Assembly (NCBI RefSeq): GCF_003014555.1
Contig: NZ_PYGE01000003.1
Span: forward strand, 194,206 to 258,205
Direction of reading: 5' to 3'
Source of the DNA: Haloactinopolyspora alba
GTDB taxonomy: Bacteria; Actinomycetota; Actinomycetes; Jiangellales; Jiangellaceae
DNA length: 64,000 nucleotides
Shown piece by piece: positions 48,278 through 60,224 of this stretch (its first letter is position 1; each line of letters opens with the position of its first letter). Below the pieces are notes generated by a model. The model had not been told where the DNA came from and made no database searches. It saw only the letters and a list, made by a program, of their open reading frames with translations. Position numbers and translations under genes: made by a program.

Positions 48278-49114
48278 TCACGCTCGCCCGAGGGGGACGT
48301 GGTTGTGCTCGCCGGCCGAACGGGGCCGGTAGCGCCCCGGCGTGAGCCCGGTCAACCGGCGGAAGTCGTTCACCAGGTGCGCCTGATCGACGAACCCGTG
48401 GACCGCCGCCGCGCCGGCCCAGTCGGTCGCGCCGTCGTCGCCGACGTGGCGCAGCACCCGTTGCAGCCGTCGCACCCGGGCGTACGACTTCGGCGCCAGG
48501 CCGACACTCTCGCTGAACCGGCGGTGCAGCGTCGACGCGACGACGCCGAGGTCGTCGGCCACCGCCGCGACCGGCGCACCGCGGTCGAGCGCCGCGGCAG
48601 CGCGGGCCACGGAACGATCCGGCTCGAGCGGGCGAACCACCCGCGCGAGCAGCGCTCGTTCCAGTGTGGCCAGCACGCCGTTCGGTGTCGGCTGCTCGAG
48701 CAACGACTCGCGCATCGTCGCTCCGGTCCGCCCCCACAGGGCGTCGAGCGCGACCACCGGCTCGGTCAGCGCCGACGCGGGTGGCGCGAAGAACGGCACC
48801 GCGCCACCCGGGCGGAACACGACTCCGGCTCCGACTGCCCGGTCCGCCGTGTCGATGCCGACGGGCCCGGTCACGGCGCCGCACAGGGCGGCGCCGTGCA
48901 CATTGTGCGCCACGTCGAGGCCCACGCCGTCGTACCAGTGCACGACGTCGTCGGCCAGGTTGACGACCAGCTGCATAGAGCCGTTCGGCAGCCGCCGCTC
49001 ACGTCCGGGCGGCAGCCGCTCGTCGACGTACCACAGCACGTCGACGAACGGCGCCAGCGCGGGCACCGGCGAGCGGAACAGCGTCACACCGTCGACGCTA
49101 CCCCTGCTCGTCAC
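48278..49114 (-). CDS. AraC family transcriptional regulator
   Basis: A C-terminal HTH_AraC (..LHRRFSESVGLAPKSYARVRRL..); the start is uncertain. Confidence 0.75.
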   Translation of the reverse strand: MTSRGSVDGVTLFRSPVPALAPFVDVLWYVDERLPPGRERRLPNGSMQLVVNLADDVVHWYDGVGLDVAHNVHGAALCGAVTGPVGIDTADRAVGAGVVFRPGGAVPFFAPPASALTEPVVALDALWGRTGATMRESLLEQPTPNGVLATLERALLARVVRPLEPDRSVARAAAALDRGAPVAAVADDLGVVASTLHRRFSESVGLAPKSYARVRRLQRVLRHVGDDGATDWAGAAAVHGFVDQAHLVNDFRRLTGLTPGRYRPRSAGEHNHVPLGRA

Positions 49115-49126
49115 CGACGGCCGAGG

Positions 49127-50751
<1,625 letters not shown>

Positions 50752-50843
50752 GTCAGTCGTCGCTCCTGCTCATAGGGTCGCTCCTACCCTCGGCTCCGGC
50801 CGCCCTGCCCTCGCAAGCTCGGGCGAACGGGACGGCCTGCACC

Positions 50844-52613
50844 TCAGTCGTCACTCCGGTCCCATTCCGGCGCCATGCCGCGCGCGATCTGGATCTCGTC
50901 GTTGCTGGTGCCGGCGGCGACCATCGGCCAGACCATCGCGTCGCGGTGCACGCCGAAGTCGACGACGACCGGACGGTCGTTGACCGCCATCGCCTTCTCG
51001 ATGGTCGCGTCGACGTCGTCGGCCGTGTCACACCGCAGCCCGACGCAGCCGTAGGCCTCCGCGAGCTTCGGGAAGTCCGGGATGCGGCGGCTGTCCAGGT
51101 CGGTGTTCGAGTAGCGGCCCTCGTAGAACAGGGTCTGCCACTGCCGCACCATGCCGAGGCTGGCGTTGTTGATGACCGCGACCTTGATCGGGATGCCCTC
51201 GATGGCGCACGTCGCCAGTTCCTGGTTGGTCATCTGGAAGCAGCCGTCGCCGTCGATGGCCCACACGGTCGCGTCCGGACGGCCGGCCTTGGCTCCCATC
51301 GCCGCCGGGACGGCGTAGCCCATGGTGCCGAGGCCGCCAGAGTTCAGCCAGGTGTTCGGGTTCTCGTAGGAGATGAACTGCGACGCCCACATCTGGTGCT
51401 GCCCGACGCCGGCGACGTACAGCGCCTCCGGGCCGGCCAGTTGCCCCAGCCGTTCGATGACGTACTGCGGCGACAGCTCGCCGCCCTCGGACGTGTATCC
51501 CAGCGGGTACCGCTCGCGCCACGCGTCGAGCTGGCGCCACCAGCCGGTGCGGTCGGTCTGCCTGCCCGCGGCCTGCTCAGCCTGGGCAGCGGTGGTCAGC
51601 TCCGCGATGACCTCCTTGCAGTCACCGACGATCGGGACGTCGGCGGTGCGGTTCTTCGAGATCTCGGCCGGGTCGATGTCCGCGTGCACGACGCTCGCGC
51701 CGGGCGCGAACGACGACAGCTTCCCGGTGACCCGGTCGTCGAAGCGGGCGCCGAGCGCCACGATCAGGTCCGACTTCTGCAACGCGGTGACCGCCGCGAC
51801 CGAGCCGTGCATGCCGGGCATGCCCAGATGCTGCGGGTGGCTGTCCGGGAACGCGCCGCGTGCGGTCAGCGTCGTCACCACCGGGAACCCGGTCGCCTCG
51901 GCCAGTTCGCGCAGCTCGTCCCACGCACGGGCGCGCAGCACGCCGCCGCCGACGTACAACACGGGACGCTTGGCCTCGGCCATCAGCCGCGCGGCCTCGC
52001 GCACCTGCTTGGAGTGCGGCTTGGTCACCGGGCGGTACCCCGGCAGGTCGAGCTCGACCGGCCACCGGAACGTCGTCGTCGCCTGCATCGTGTCCTTCGC
52101 GATGTCGACGAGCACCGGCCCCGGACGGCCGGTCGACGCGATGTGGAACGCCTCTGCGATGACGCGAGGGATCTCCGCCGGGTCGGTGACCAGGTAGTTG
52201 TGCTTGGTGATGGGCATGGTGATGCCACGGATGTCGGCTTCCTGGAACGCGTCCGTGCCGATGGCGGCGCTGGCGACCTGTCCGGTGACGACGACCATCG
52301 GCACCGAGTCCATGTGCGCGTCGGCGATCGCGGTGACGAGGTTCGTCGCGCCCGGCCCGGAGGTCGCGATGCAGACGCCGACCCGCCCGGTGGCCAGGGC
52401 GTATCCCTCGGCCGCGTGCCCCGCGCCCTGCTCGTGCCGGACCAGGACGTGCCGGATCTGCGTGGAGTCGAACATCGGGTCGTACGCCGGGAGAATCGCC
52501 CCGCCGGGGATGCCGAACACGGTGTCGACGCCTACCGCCTCGAGCGAGCGGACGAGGCTCGCCGCACCCGTCATCGTCATCGCATTGTCCTGGCTGGACT
52601 CTTCCTGCGGCAT
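50844..52613 (-). CDS. ilvB: Acetolactate synthase large subunit
   Basis: TPP-enzyme N, M and C domains, with the GIPGG motif. Confidence 0.92.
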   Translation of the reverse strand: MPQEESSQDNAMTMTGAASLVRSLEAVGVDTVFGIPGGAILPAYDPMFDSTQIRHVLVRHEQGAGHAAEGYALATGRVGVCIATSGPGATNLVTAIADAHMDSVPMVVVTGQVASAAIGTDAFQEADIRGITMPITKHNYLVTDPAEIPRVIAEAFHIASTGRPGPVLVDIAKDTMQATTTFRWPVELDLPGYRPVTKPHSKQVREAARLMAEAKRPVLYVGGGVLRARAWDELRELAEATGFPVVTTLTARGAFPDSHPQHLGMPGMHGSVAAVTALQKSDLIVALGARFDDRVTGKLSSFAPGASVVHADIDPAEISKNRTADVPIVGDCKEVIAELTTAAQAEQAAGRQTDRTGWWRQLDAWRERYPLGYTSEGGELSPQYVIERLGQLAGPEALYVAGVGQHQMWASQFISYENPNTWLNSGGLGTMGYAVPAAMGAKAGRPDATVWAIDGDGCFQMTNQELATCAIEGIPIKVAVINNASLGMVRQWQTLFYEGRYSNTDLDSRRIPDFPKLAEAYGCVGLRCDTADDVDATIEKAMAVNDRPVVVDFGVHRDAMVWPMVAAGTSNDEIQIARGMAPEWDRSDD

Positions 52614-52690
52614 GGCCGGCCTCTCTCGATTGATCCATCCGGTGTTACCTGTCCGTGGTGTTCACGGACCTGCGTGCGTTCGAACCGTCC

Positions 52691-52733
52691 CGAACAACAA
52701 AAAACCCCTCGGCCCGGTGGGCTCACGAGGGGT
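52691..52733 (-). terminator. ilvB attenuator terminator hairpin
   Basis: On the minus strand, CCCCTCG-tgagcccaccgggc-CGAGGGG is followed by TTTTTTGTTGTTCG, about 78 nt upstream of ilvB. Confidence 0.6.
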
Positions 52734-52763
52734 AGCGCGTCGGCGGGGCTTCCGCCTGACGCG

Positions 52764-52838
52764 CTAGTGAAGTACGAGAATGTCGAAACGCACGAGTGCA
52801 CCGTCTCCCAGAGCGCATACGAGCGTCAAGGCGATCAT
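52764..52838 (-). CDS. Candidate ilvB leader peptide MIALTLVCALGDGALVRFDILVLH
   Basis: A 24-codon minus-strand ORF rich in Ile, Leu and Val, ending 30 nt before the terminator hairpin. Confidence 0.45.
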   Translation of the reverse strand: MIALTLVCALGDGALVRFDILVLH

Positions 52839-52842
52839 CCGA

Positions 52843-53808
52843 ATGTCTCAGTATACGGTCGACCAGTCCGGATCGCGGTCGTCGCGCGACCGCGTCGCCG
52901 CCAAGCCGTACGACACCAAGCTTCCTCAAGGTTGCCAGGGCGACACCAAGCTTCCACGGTGTCATCGCTGGCGGAGCCGAGCAGCGGCGATCCGGCACCG
53001 GCTGGGGCCGCACGGACGCTGGCAGCGCCTCATCCCAGGTGTGTACGCGACATTCACCGGTCCACTCCAGCAACGGCACCGGGTACGGGCCGCATTGCTC
53101 TACGCGGGGCCGGAGGCGATCGTCACCGGATCCGTCGCGTGCCGCGGCTACGGCATGAAGTATGTCCCGGCGACATCCACAACCGAACTGCTGGCGCCGC
53201 CCGACGTCCGTCGTGCGCCGGTCCCGATCGCGACCATCCATCGAGTGCGCTCGATGCCGGCTTCGCGCATGGTCCGTGGCTTCCCGTGTGCTCCGCCCGA
53301 GCGGTCAGCTCTCGATGCCGTACGCAGCGGGGACGGTCTCCGCGATGTCCGTGCCGTGTTGTGTGAGGTCGTACAACGAGGCCTGGTGACCGCTGAACGC
53401 CTGATCGCTGAGTACGACGTCGTCGATCCTCGTGGACTGTCGCTCGCTCGCCACGCTCTCGACGACGTCCGCGCCGGCTGCCGTTCTGCACCCGAATGCG
53501 AACTTCGCGACCTGATCTGCCGGAGCACAACGCTGCCGGAGCCCGTCTGGAACAAGCCACTTCCGGGCGCCGCCGATATCGTGCCGGATGCCTACTACGA
53601 GCAGGCGCGCCTGGCCTTGGAGGTCGAGTCGATGGAATGGCATCGCTACGGCGATGCGGCAGAGTCGACCGAACGTCGCCGTGCCAAGTACGCGAGCCTG
53701 GGCTGGCGAGTATTGCCTGTCTCACCTCGCCGCATCCGCGAGGATCCCGTCGCGGTCCGCACCGAGATCGAGGACGCCGTCGCACACCGTCTCCGCCGTA
53801 CGGCCTGA
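52843..53808 (+). CDS. DUF559 / restriction-endonuclease-like fold protein
   Basis: The C-terminus reads ..DAYYEQARLALEVESMEWHRYGD..RRRAKYASLGWRVLPVSPRRI; the true start is probably further downstream (the listed 52780 start overlaps the ilvB leader). Confidence 0.6.
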   Translation: MSQYTVDQSGSRSSRDRVAAKPYDTKLPQGCQGDTKLPRCHRWRSRAAAIRHRLGPHGRWQRLIPGVYATFTGPLQQRHRVRAALLYAGPEAIVTGSVACRGYGMKYVPATSTTELLAPPDVRRAPVPIATIHRVRSMPASRMVRGFPCAPPERSALDAVRSGDGLRDVRAVLCEVVQRGLVTAERLIAEYDVVDPRGLSLARHALDDVRAGCRSAPECELRDLICRSTTLPEPVWNKPLPGAADIVPDAYYEQARLALEVESMEWHRYGDAAESTERRRAKYASLGWRVLPVSPRRIREDPVAVRTEIEDAVAHRLRRTA

Positions 53809-53826
53809 GCCCGGGACGGCGGCCGA

Positions 53827-54384
53827 TCAGGCGGGGTCGTAGTCGAACGCGGGCAGCCCGTCGAGACTGACGGCGTTCTTCTTGCGGCGGTAGTCGACCC
53901 GCCCGTCGTCGCCCTTGCGCTCCATGTGCGGCGGCAGCAGGTCGCGCTCGCCGGCGTAGTCCATGAACGGGATCCCGTAACCGCACGAGTCCGAAACCCG
54001 GTGCACGTCGACGACGATGACGGCGCGGGCGCCGCGCAGCTCGCCGAACCGCGGCGCCCAGTCGGCGAACTCGTCGTCGTAAATCGTCACGATCCGCCCG
54101 CGACCGTGCAACCGGACGACGTTCGGCGGCCCGGAGAACGCGCAGAACATCAGCGTGATGCGGCCGTTCTCGCGCAGGTGCGCGATGGTCTCGGCGCCGC
54201 TTGCGGTGAAGTCGAGGTAGGCGACCGTGTGCTCGTCGACGACCGTGAACGTCCCGCCGATGCCCTTGGGTGAGACGTTCACGTGCCCGTCCGCGCCGCT
54301 GGGCGCCGTCGCCACGAAGAACACGTGCTGCGCCTCGACGAACTCACGCAACCGGCCGTCGATACGCTCGTGCACCTTTCCCAC
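53827..54384 (-). CDS. Pyridoxamine 5'-phosphate oxidase family (PPOX-class) protein
   Basis: A split-barrel FMN/F420-binding fold motif (..VFFVATAPSGADGHVNVSPKG..). Confidence 0.7.
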   Translation of the reverse strand: MGKVHERIDGRLREFVEAQHVFFVATAPSGADGHVNVSPKGIGGTFTVVDEHTVAYLDFTASGAETIAHLRENGRITLMFCAFSGPPNVVRLHGRGRIVTIYDDEFADWAPRFGELRGARAVIVVDVHRVSDSCGYGIPFMDYAGERDLLPPHMERKGDDGRVDYRRKKNAVSLDGLPAFDYDPA

Positions 54385-54469
54385 GGACCGCTCCCTTCAA
54401 CCCGCGTGCTCGTCAGGGACGTACTGCTGCCCTGGCGACATTGGATCCGGTGATGATCACCGGCCGTGG

Positions 54470-56161
54470 TCAGTCGCAGACGGCCCCGTTCGCGGCCGAC
54501 CCGACGAGTTTCGCGTACTTCGCGAGCACACCGCGCTCGTGCTTCGGGGGCGGCGGCTCCCATCCTTCGCGCCTGCGCTTCAGTTCGGCGTCGTCGACGT
54601 CCAGGTCGATGGTCTGCGCCGCGATGTCCACCCGGACCCCGTCGCCGTCGCGCACGAACGCGATGGGCCCGCCGTCGGCGGCCTCCGGCGCGACGTGGCC
54701 GATGCACAACCCCGTGGTGCCGCCGGAGAAACGCCCGTCTGTGATCAGCAGGACGTCCTTGCCCAGGCCGGCGCCCTTGATGGCGCCGGTGACCGCGAGC
54801 ATCTCGCGCATCCCGGGCCCGCCCTTCGGCCCCTCGTCCCGGATGATGACGACGTCGTTGGCCTTCAGTTCGCCGGCGTTGACGGCGTCCATCGCCGCCT
54901 GTTCGCCGTCGAAGACCCGCGCCGTGCCGTCGAACACGTCCGCGTCGAACCCGGCGGACTTCACCACCGCGCCCTCAGGTGCCAGTGAGCCGCGCAGCAC
55001 GGTCAGCCCGCCGGTCGCGTGGATCGGGTCCGACATCGCGTGGATGATCTTCCCGTCCGGGTCCGGCGGCTCGATCTCCGCCAGGTTCTCGGCCATCGTG
55101 CGGCCGGTGACGGTCAAGCAGTCGCCGTGCAGCAGACCGGCGTCCAGCAGCGCGCGCATGACGACGGGCACGCCGCCGATGCGGTCGACGTCGGACATGA
55201 CGTAGCGGCCGAACGGTTTCACGTCGGCCAGGTGCGGCACTCGCGCGCCGATCCGGTTGAAGTCATCGAGCTGCAGGTCGACCTCGGCCTCGTGCGCGAT
55301 GGCCATCAGGTGCAGCACGGCGTTGGTGGAACCGCCCAGCGCCATGACGACGGCGATCGCGTTCTCGAACGCTTCGCGCGTCATGATGTCGCGGGTGGTG
55401 ATGCCCTGGCGCAGCAGCTCGACCACCGCGTCACCGGACCGGCGCGCCAGCCCGTCCCGGCGCCGGTCGACGGCCGGCGGCGCGGCGCTACCCGGCAGCG
55501 ACATACCTAGAGCCTCCGCGGCGCTGGACATCGTGTTCGCGGTGAACATCCCGCCGCACGCACCCTCGCCGGGGCAGATCGCGCGCTCGATCTCGTCCAC
55601 CTCCTCGCGGCTGATCAGCCCGCGCGCACAGGCACCGACCGCCTCGAACGCGTCGATGATCGTCACGTCCCGGTCGCCCACCCGGCCGGGCAGGATCGAG
55701 CCCGCGTAGAGGAACACCGCCGCGATGTCCAGCCGGGCGGCGGCCATGAGCATCGCCGGCTCGGACTTGTCGCAGCCGGCCAGCAGCACCGCGCCGTCGA
55801 GCCGCTCGGCGCCGAACACCGTCTCCACCGAGTCGGCGATGACCTCGCGTGAGACCAGCGAGTAGTGCATGCCCTCGTGGCCCATCGAGATGCCGTCGGA
55901 GACGGAGATGGTGCCGAACTCCAGCGGGTACCCGCCGGCCCCGTGTACGCCGTCCTTGGACGCCTTGGCCAGCCGGTCCAGCGACAGGTTGCACGGGGTG
56001 ATCTCGTTCCAGGAGGAACCGACGCCGATCTGCGGCTTCTCCCAGTCGTCGTCGGTCATGCCGACGGCGCGGAGCATGCCGCGGGCAGCGGTGCGCTCGA
56101 TGCCGTCGGTGACCGTCCGGGAGTGTGGCTTGAGATCGGGCTTCGAGGAGTTCACGGTCAT
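54470..56161 (-). CDS. ilvD: Dihydroxy-acid dehydratase
   Basis: The ILVD/EDD signatures CDKxxP and ..SDGISMGH.. are present. Confidence 0.9.
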   Translation of the reverse strand: MTVNSSKPDLKPHSRTVTDGIERTAARGMLRAVGMTDDDWEKPQIGVGSSWNEITPCNLSLDRLAKASKDGVHGAGGYPLEFGTISVSDGISMGHEGMHYSLVSREVIADSVETVFGAERLDGAVLLAGCDKSEPAMLMAAARLDIAAVFLYAGSILPGRVGDRDVTIIDAFEAVGACARGLISREEVDEIERAICPGEGACGGMFTANTMSSAAEALGMSLPGSAAPPAVDRRRDGLARRSGDAVVELLRQGITTRDIMTREAFENAIAVVMALGGSTNAVLHLMAIAHEAEVDLQLDDFNRIGARVPHLADVKPFGRYVMSDVDRIGGVPVVMRALLDAGLLHGDCLTVTGRTMAENLAEIEPPDPDGKIIHAMSDPIHATGGLTVLRGSLAPEGAVVKSAGFDADVFDGTARVFDGEQAAMDAVNAGELKANDVVIIRDEGPKGGPGMREMLAVTGAIKGAGLGKDVLLITDGRFSGGTTGLCIGHVAPEAADGGPIAFVRDGDGVRVDIAAQTIDLDVDDAELKRRREGWEPPPPKHERGVLAKYAKLVGSAANGAVCD

Positions 56162-56331
56162 GACCACACGCTAGACCCGCGGTCCGGCACCAGAGACGTC
56201 AGGTCCACGATTCAGACGTCGCATGGACGGTCGGCGGATCCTTCCGCTGGACGTGCCGGTTCGACGATGATCGGCGTCCCTTCATCGGCCGTTCACGTCC
56301 TCGCCGGTCGGCGCGGCTAGCTTCGACGGCC

Positions 56332-57441
56332 ATGAACCGTACCCGGCCCGAACATCCGCGTACGCCATCCCGGCGCACCGTCCTCGGCGCCGCTGCCGGT
56401 GCCGGCCTCGCCGCTTGGGCGGGCCCGCAGACGTGGGCGAGTCCGTCGGCGTCGGCATCCGCGGGTCGAGAAGGCGTCCGTCCGGGGCCCCGGCCGCCGA
56501 GAATCCTGGTGGCGACGAACGAGCCCTGGGGGACGTACCACGTCCGGCCGCTGATGGACGAGAGCGCCCGGCGCGGCTGGCAGCTGACCCAGCTGGTGCC
56601 CGACCACTCGAACGTCGACCCCGGCGACCCGGTACCCACCGCGACCCTGGACGAGGCGCCGGAAGCCGACCTGCTGGTCGTGACCGGGCTGGCGGACTGG
56701 CCCGTCGAGTGCGCCTCGCGGCTGGACCGGCCGCTGCCGCTCGCGGCATCGTCCCTCGCCTACCTTCCTGCCGAGGAGGCGCCGGCGGCTCGCGAGGTGC
56801 GGAAGCGGCTGCGGGTGGTCACGTCGTCGTCACCGGCCGAGGCCCGCGCGTTCGCGAGCTACCTCGGCACCCGCCGACGCGTGCGCGTCGTCGGATCACC
56901 ACAGACCGACGACCTGCCCACGCACGCGCCCGAGCCCGACACCGTCCTGGTCCTGACCAGCGTGACCTACCCGGACGAGACCGGCGGCGCCGCGCCCGGC
57001 ACCGAGCTGCTGCTCGAAAGCGCCGAGCTGCTCGCCGCGGCCGGCAAGCACATCGTCGTGGGGCTGCACCCGCGTGAGGACCCGTCGTTGTGGGACCGCT
57101 ACGAGATCAGCGACGTGCCGTCGGTGCAGGCCGCCGCGCGCGCCGAGGCCGCGATCGGCATACCGGGAACGGTGTTCCCGCTGGTCGTCGCTTCGGGTGT
57201 GCCCGTGGTCGGCTGCGTGGACCCACGGCTCGACGTGCCCGACTACCTGGTGCGGGTGTGCTCGAGCACCATCGGCGACGCCGCACACGCGGTGGACGCC
57301 GTCGAGGCGGCACGCCTGCCGGACCAGGAGGTCCTGGACGACGTGCTCGGCCCGGTCGGCGGGTCGGCGGACCGGTTGCTCGACGTGTGGGACGTCGCGG
57401 CCAGGCCACGCGGTGGGAGCTTCAGCCGAGCCCGACCGTGA
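56332..57441 (+). CDS. Tat-signal secreted hypothetical protein
   Basis: RRTVLGAAAGAGLAAWA is a twin-arginine signal; no recognisable domain. Confidence 0.55.
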   Translation: MNRTRPEHPRTPSRRTVLGAAAGAGLAAWAGPQTWASPSASASAGREGVRPGPRPPRILVATNEPWGTYHVRPLMDESARRGWQLTQLVPDHSNVDPGDPVPTATLDEAPEADLLVVTGLADWPVECASRLDRPLPLAASSLAYLPAEEAPAAREVRKRLRVVTSSSPAEARAFASYLGTRRRVRVVGSPQTDDLPTHAPEPDTVLVLTSVTYPDETGGAAPGTELLLESAELLAAAGKHIVVGLHPREDPSLWDRYEISDVPSVQAAARAEAAIGIPGTVFPLVVASGVPVVGCVDPRLDVPDYLVRVCSSTIGDAAHAVDAVEAARLPDQEVLDDVLGPVGGSADRLLDVWDVAARPRGGSFSRARP

Positions 57442-57745
57442 GCAGAACCAGCGCCTCGGTGTCGGCGACCAGGTCGTGGCGCTGGGCCGGCACGTCCACC
57501 AGATGCCCTTCGGTCACGACGACGGTGCGCGTGCCGCAGTGCAGTGTCACCTGGCCGCGCAGGCACATGATGGTCGCGTCGCCCGGGCTCTGGTGCTCAG
57601 CGAGCTTCGTGCCCTCGGTCAGCGCGATCAGCGTCTGACGCAGGTGCTTGCCGCTGTGCATCGTCCGCGACGAACGGCCGGCCGACGACTGTCGCGCGGT
57701 CTCGAGCTGGTCGGTGCCGGCGGTGTGCAGCGTCATCTCAGCCAT
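57422..57745 (-). CDS. Cupin-domain protein
   Basis: Cupin-2-like beta strands and a small size; the start MAEMTLH is uncertain. Confidence 0.5.
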   Translation of the reverse strand: MAEMTLHTAGTDQLETARQSSAGRSSRTMHSGKHLRQTLIALTEGTKLAEHQSPGDATIMCLRGQVTLHCGTRTVVVTEGHLVDVPAQRHDLVADTEALVLLTVGLG

Positions 57746-57889
57746 GTCTCCATGGTGGCACCGCTGGCCACCGTGACCCAGCGAGACGGCGATACTCGTC
57801 GCACGGTGTCGGCTGGTGCCGGATGGTGTCGGGCCACCACGGACACTGTCCACAACCATCCGACACCCAGCGGTCGCCCATGACGCCGG

Positions 57890-58981
57890 TTACGGCAGCT
57901 GGACGGCGCGCACGCACAGCACGTCCGGCAGGTGTCGGGCCACCACGGACCAGCTCTCGCCCTCGTCCGCGCTGGCGTACACCGAACCGTCCCGCGTCCC
58001 GACGTAGACCCCGGCGGAGCCCTCCACGTCATCGGTGGCCAGCGCGTCGCGCAGGACGGAACCGTAGAACGACGCCGGCAGACCGGAGGTCGAGCCGGCC
58101 CAGGAGGCGCCGGCATCCGTGGTGCGCCAGACCTGCAGCTGGTCGTTCGGCGGCATCCGTTCGGAGTCGGCCGTCAGCGGCACCACCCACGCCGTGTCGG
58201 CGCGGTGCGGATGGGTGGCCACGGGGAAGCCGAAGTCGGCGGGCAGCCCGGCCGCGATGGGCAGCCAGGTCGCGCCGCCGTCAGCGGACGAGTACACGCC
58301 GCCGTGGTTCTGCGCGAACAGGCGGTCCGGGTCGACGGGGTCGCGAGCCACCTTGTGTACGCACTGCCCGTACTCCGGCGGCTCCCCAGGGAAGAAGTCG
58401 GCGCCGATGCCGGTGTTGGACGGCCGCCAGCTCGTGCCGGCATCGTCGGTGACGTAGACGCCGCCGGTCGACATCGCGACCAGCACCCGCGCGTCGTCGT
58501 CCGGATGCGGGAGCACGGTGTGGATGGCCTGCCCGCCGAACCCCGGCTGCCACGTCGGGCGATGCGGATGGTTCCACAGCCCTTCGACCAGCGAGAACGT
58601 CTCGCCCCAGTCGTCGGAACGCCACAGCGCCGACGGCTGCGACCCGGCCCACACCACACCCGGGCGCGCCGCCGTGTCCGGGCGCAGCTGCCACACCGCC
58701 TCCACCGAGGCGTCCGCGTCGGCCGGGAACCGGATGCCGCTGCCGTCGGCCGCCTCGGTCCACGACCCGCCGAGGTCGTCGGACCAGGACACCGCCGGGC
58801 CCCAGTGTGAGCTGCTGGCGCCGACGAGGATCCGCGGCGTGCCGCGTCTGGTGTCGACGGCGCAGGCCGCGACGGCGCGCATCCGGAACTGCGGCCCGTC
58901 GACCTTCCACGTCCGTCTGTCCGCGCTGCGCAGCAGCCACAGACCCTTGGTGGTACCTACCGCGAGAAGAACGTCGTTCAT
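57890..58981 (-). CDS. BNR/Asp-box repeat beta-propeller protein
   Basis: Five S-x-D-x-G-x-(T/S)-W Asp-box repeats. Confidence 0.7.
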   Translation of the reverse strand: MNDVLLAVGTTKGLWLLRSADRRTWKVDGPQFRMRAVAACAVDTRRGTPRILVGASSSHWGPAVSWSDDLGGSWTEAADGSGIRFPADADASVEAVWQLRPDTAARPGVVWAGSQPSALWRSDDWGETFSLVEGLWNHPHRPTWQPGFGGQAIHTVLPHPDDDARVLVAMSTGGVYVTDDAGTSWRPSNTGIGADFFPGEPPEYGQCVHKVARDPVDPDRLFAQNHGGVYSSADGGATWLPIAAGLPADFGFPVATHPHRADTAWVVPLTADSERMPPNDQLQVWRTTDAGASWAGSTSGLPASFYGSVLRDALATDDVEGSAGVYVGTRDGSVYASADEGESWSVVARHLPDVLCVRAVQLP

Positions 58982-59209
58982 CGCCGGTCACCTCCGCCGA
59001 GACGGCCACGCCGCGCCGATGCCGCGTGGCTCGAGGCGAATCTAGCGCCCGGCTCCGACAACGGCCAGACACCCGGCGCCCTTACTGGCGATTGACCACG
59101 TTCACCATGGAATTCCCTGCGTCACCACCCGTTCGGGCCTGGTGACGCGTGCACTCGCCTCGTGATGGCCACCGCAGGACGTCGCGCTGCGGCCGGTGAA
59201 ACGTCCACC

Positions 59210-60184
59210 TCACGCCGGGCCGACGACGACGTTGGCCAGCCGCTCCCCCGCAGCGAACCGCCGCAGCTGCGCCTGCACCAACCGCCGCGCCCGCGGAGCG
59301 AACGCGGACGACAGCCCACCCACATGCGGGGAGATCAGCACACCCGGCGCTCTCCACAACGGATGCTCCGACGGCAACGGCTCGGGCTCCGTCACGTCCA
59401 GGGCCGCCCGCAGCCGCCCGGACGTCACCTCGGCCGTCAGCGCCTCGGTACGCACGATCGCGCCGCGCGCGACGTTCACCAGCAGCGCCCCGTCGCGCAT
59501 CGACGCGAGGAACGACTCGTCGACCATGCCCCTGGTCTCGTCGGTCAGCGGGCAGATGACGATCACCACGTCGGCGCGCCCGAGCAGATCCGGCAACGCG
59601 TCGGTGCCGGCGACCCCGTCCCGCGCCGTCCGCGCGACCGGGAGTACGTCACATTCGAACGGACGCAACCGCGCCTCGATTGCCCGTCCGATTGCCCCGT
59701 AGCCGACGAGCAGTACCGTCTTGTCCGCCAGCGACTCACCCCAACTGGGAGCCCATGCACCGGTCTCCTGCGCTCGCGCGAACGCCGGGATGTCGCGCAG
59801 CGACGCCAACGTCAGCGTCACGGCGAGCTCGGCGGTGCTGGCATCGTGCACACCCCTCGCGTTGCACAACGTCAGCCCGTCACGCAGATGCGGCAGGATG
59901 TGTTCGTAGCCTGCGGTCAGCGTCTGCACCGTGCTCAACCGCGGCATCCGCTCGATCAACGTCATCGCCTCCGGCGCGAAGCCGTACGGCACGACATAGA
60001 ACTCGATCCGGTCCAGCACGTCCTGGCCGGGCAGGGAGTTCTCGTCCACCCTGTCCAGGGCGCCGGCATCGGTGGCGCCGCCCGGGTCGACGTTCTCGTC
60101 GTCCTGCCCGTCCCACACGTGCACGGACAGCCCGTCGAGCGCACCCAACGACTCGGGCGAGTACGGCACAAGCACATCGGTCAT
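59210..60184 (-). CDS. D-isomer-specific 2-hydroxyacid dehydrogenase
   Basis: NAD-binding motif GYGAIGRAI, with catalytic R/E/H residues. Confidence 0.8.
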   Translation of the reverse strand: MTDVLVPYSPESLGALDGLSVHVWDGQDDENVDPGGATDAGALDRVDENSLPGQDVLDRIEFYVVPYGFAPEAMTLIERMPRLSTVQTLTAGYEHILPHLRDGLTLCNARGVHDASTAELAVTLTLASLRDIPAFARAQETGAWAPSWGESLADKTVLLVGYGAIGRAIEARLRPFECDVLPVARTARDGVAGTDALPDLLGRADVVIVICPLTDETRGMVDESFLASMRDGALLVNVARGAIVRTEALTAEVTSGRLRAALDVTEPEPLPSEHPLWRAPGVLISPHVGGLSSAFAPRARRLVQAQLRRFAAGERLANVVVGPA

Positions 60185-60224
60185 GACTCTCGAACCTACC
60201 TGGGGCGCGTGTCACGATGGGCCC

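Noticed and set aside
52780-52842. An N-terminal extension of the DUF559 protein (MSKRTSAPSPRAHTSVKAIIR).
   Set aside because: It overlaps the ilvB leader peptide and promoter region on the opposite strand and has no similarity to DUF559 N-termini; a downstream start is more likely.
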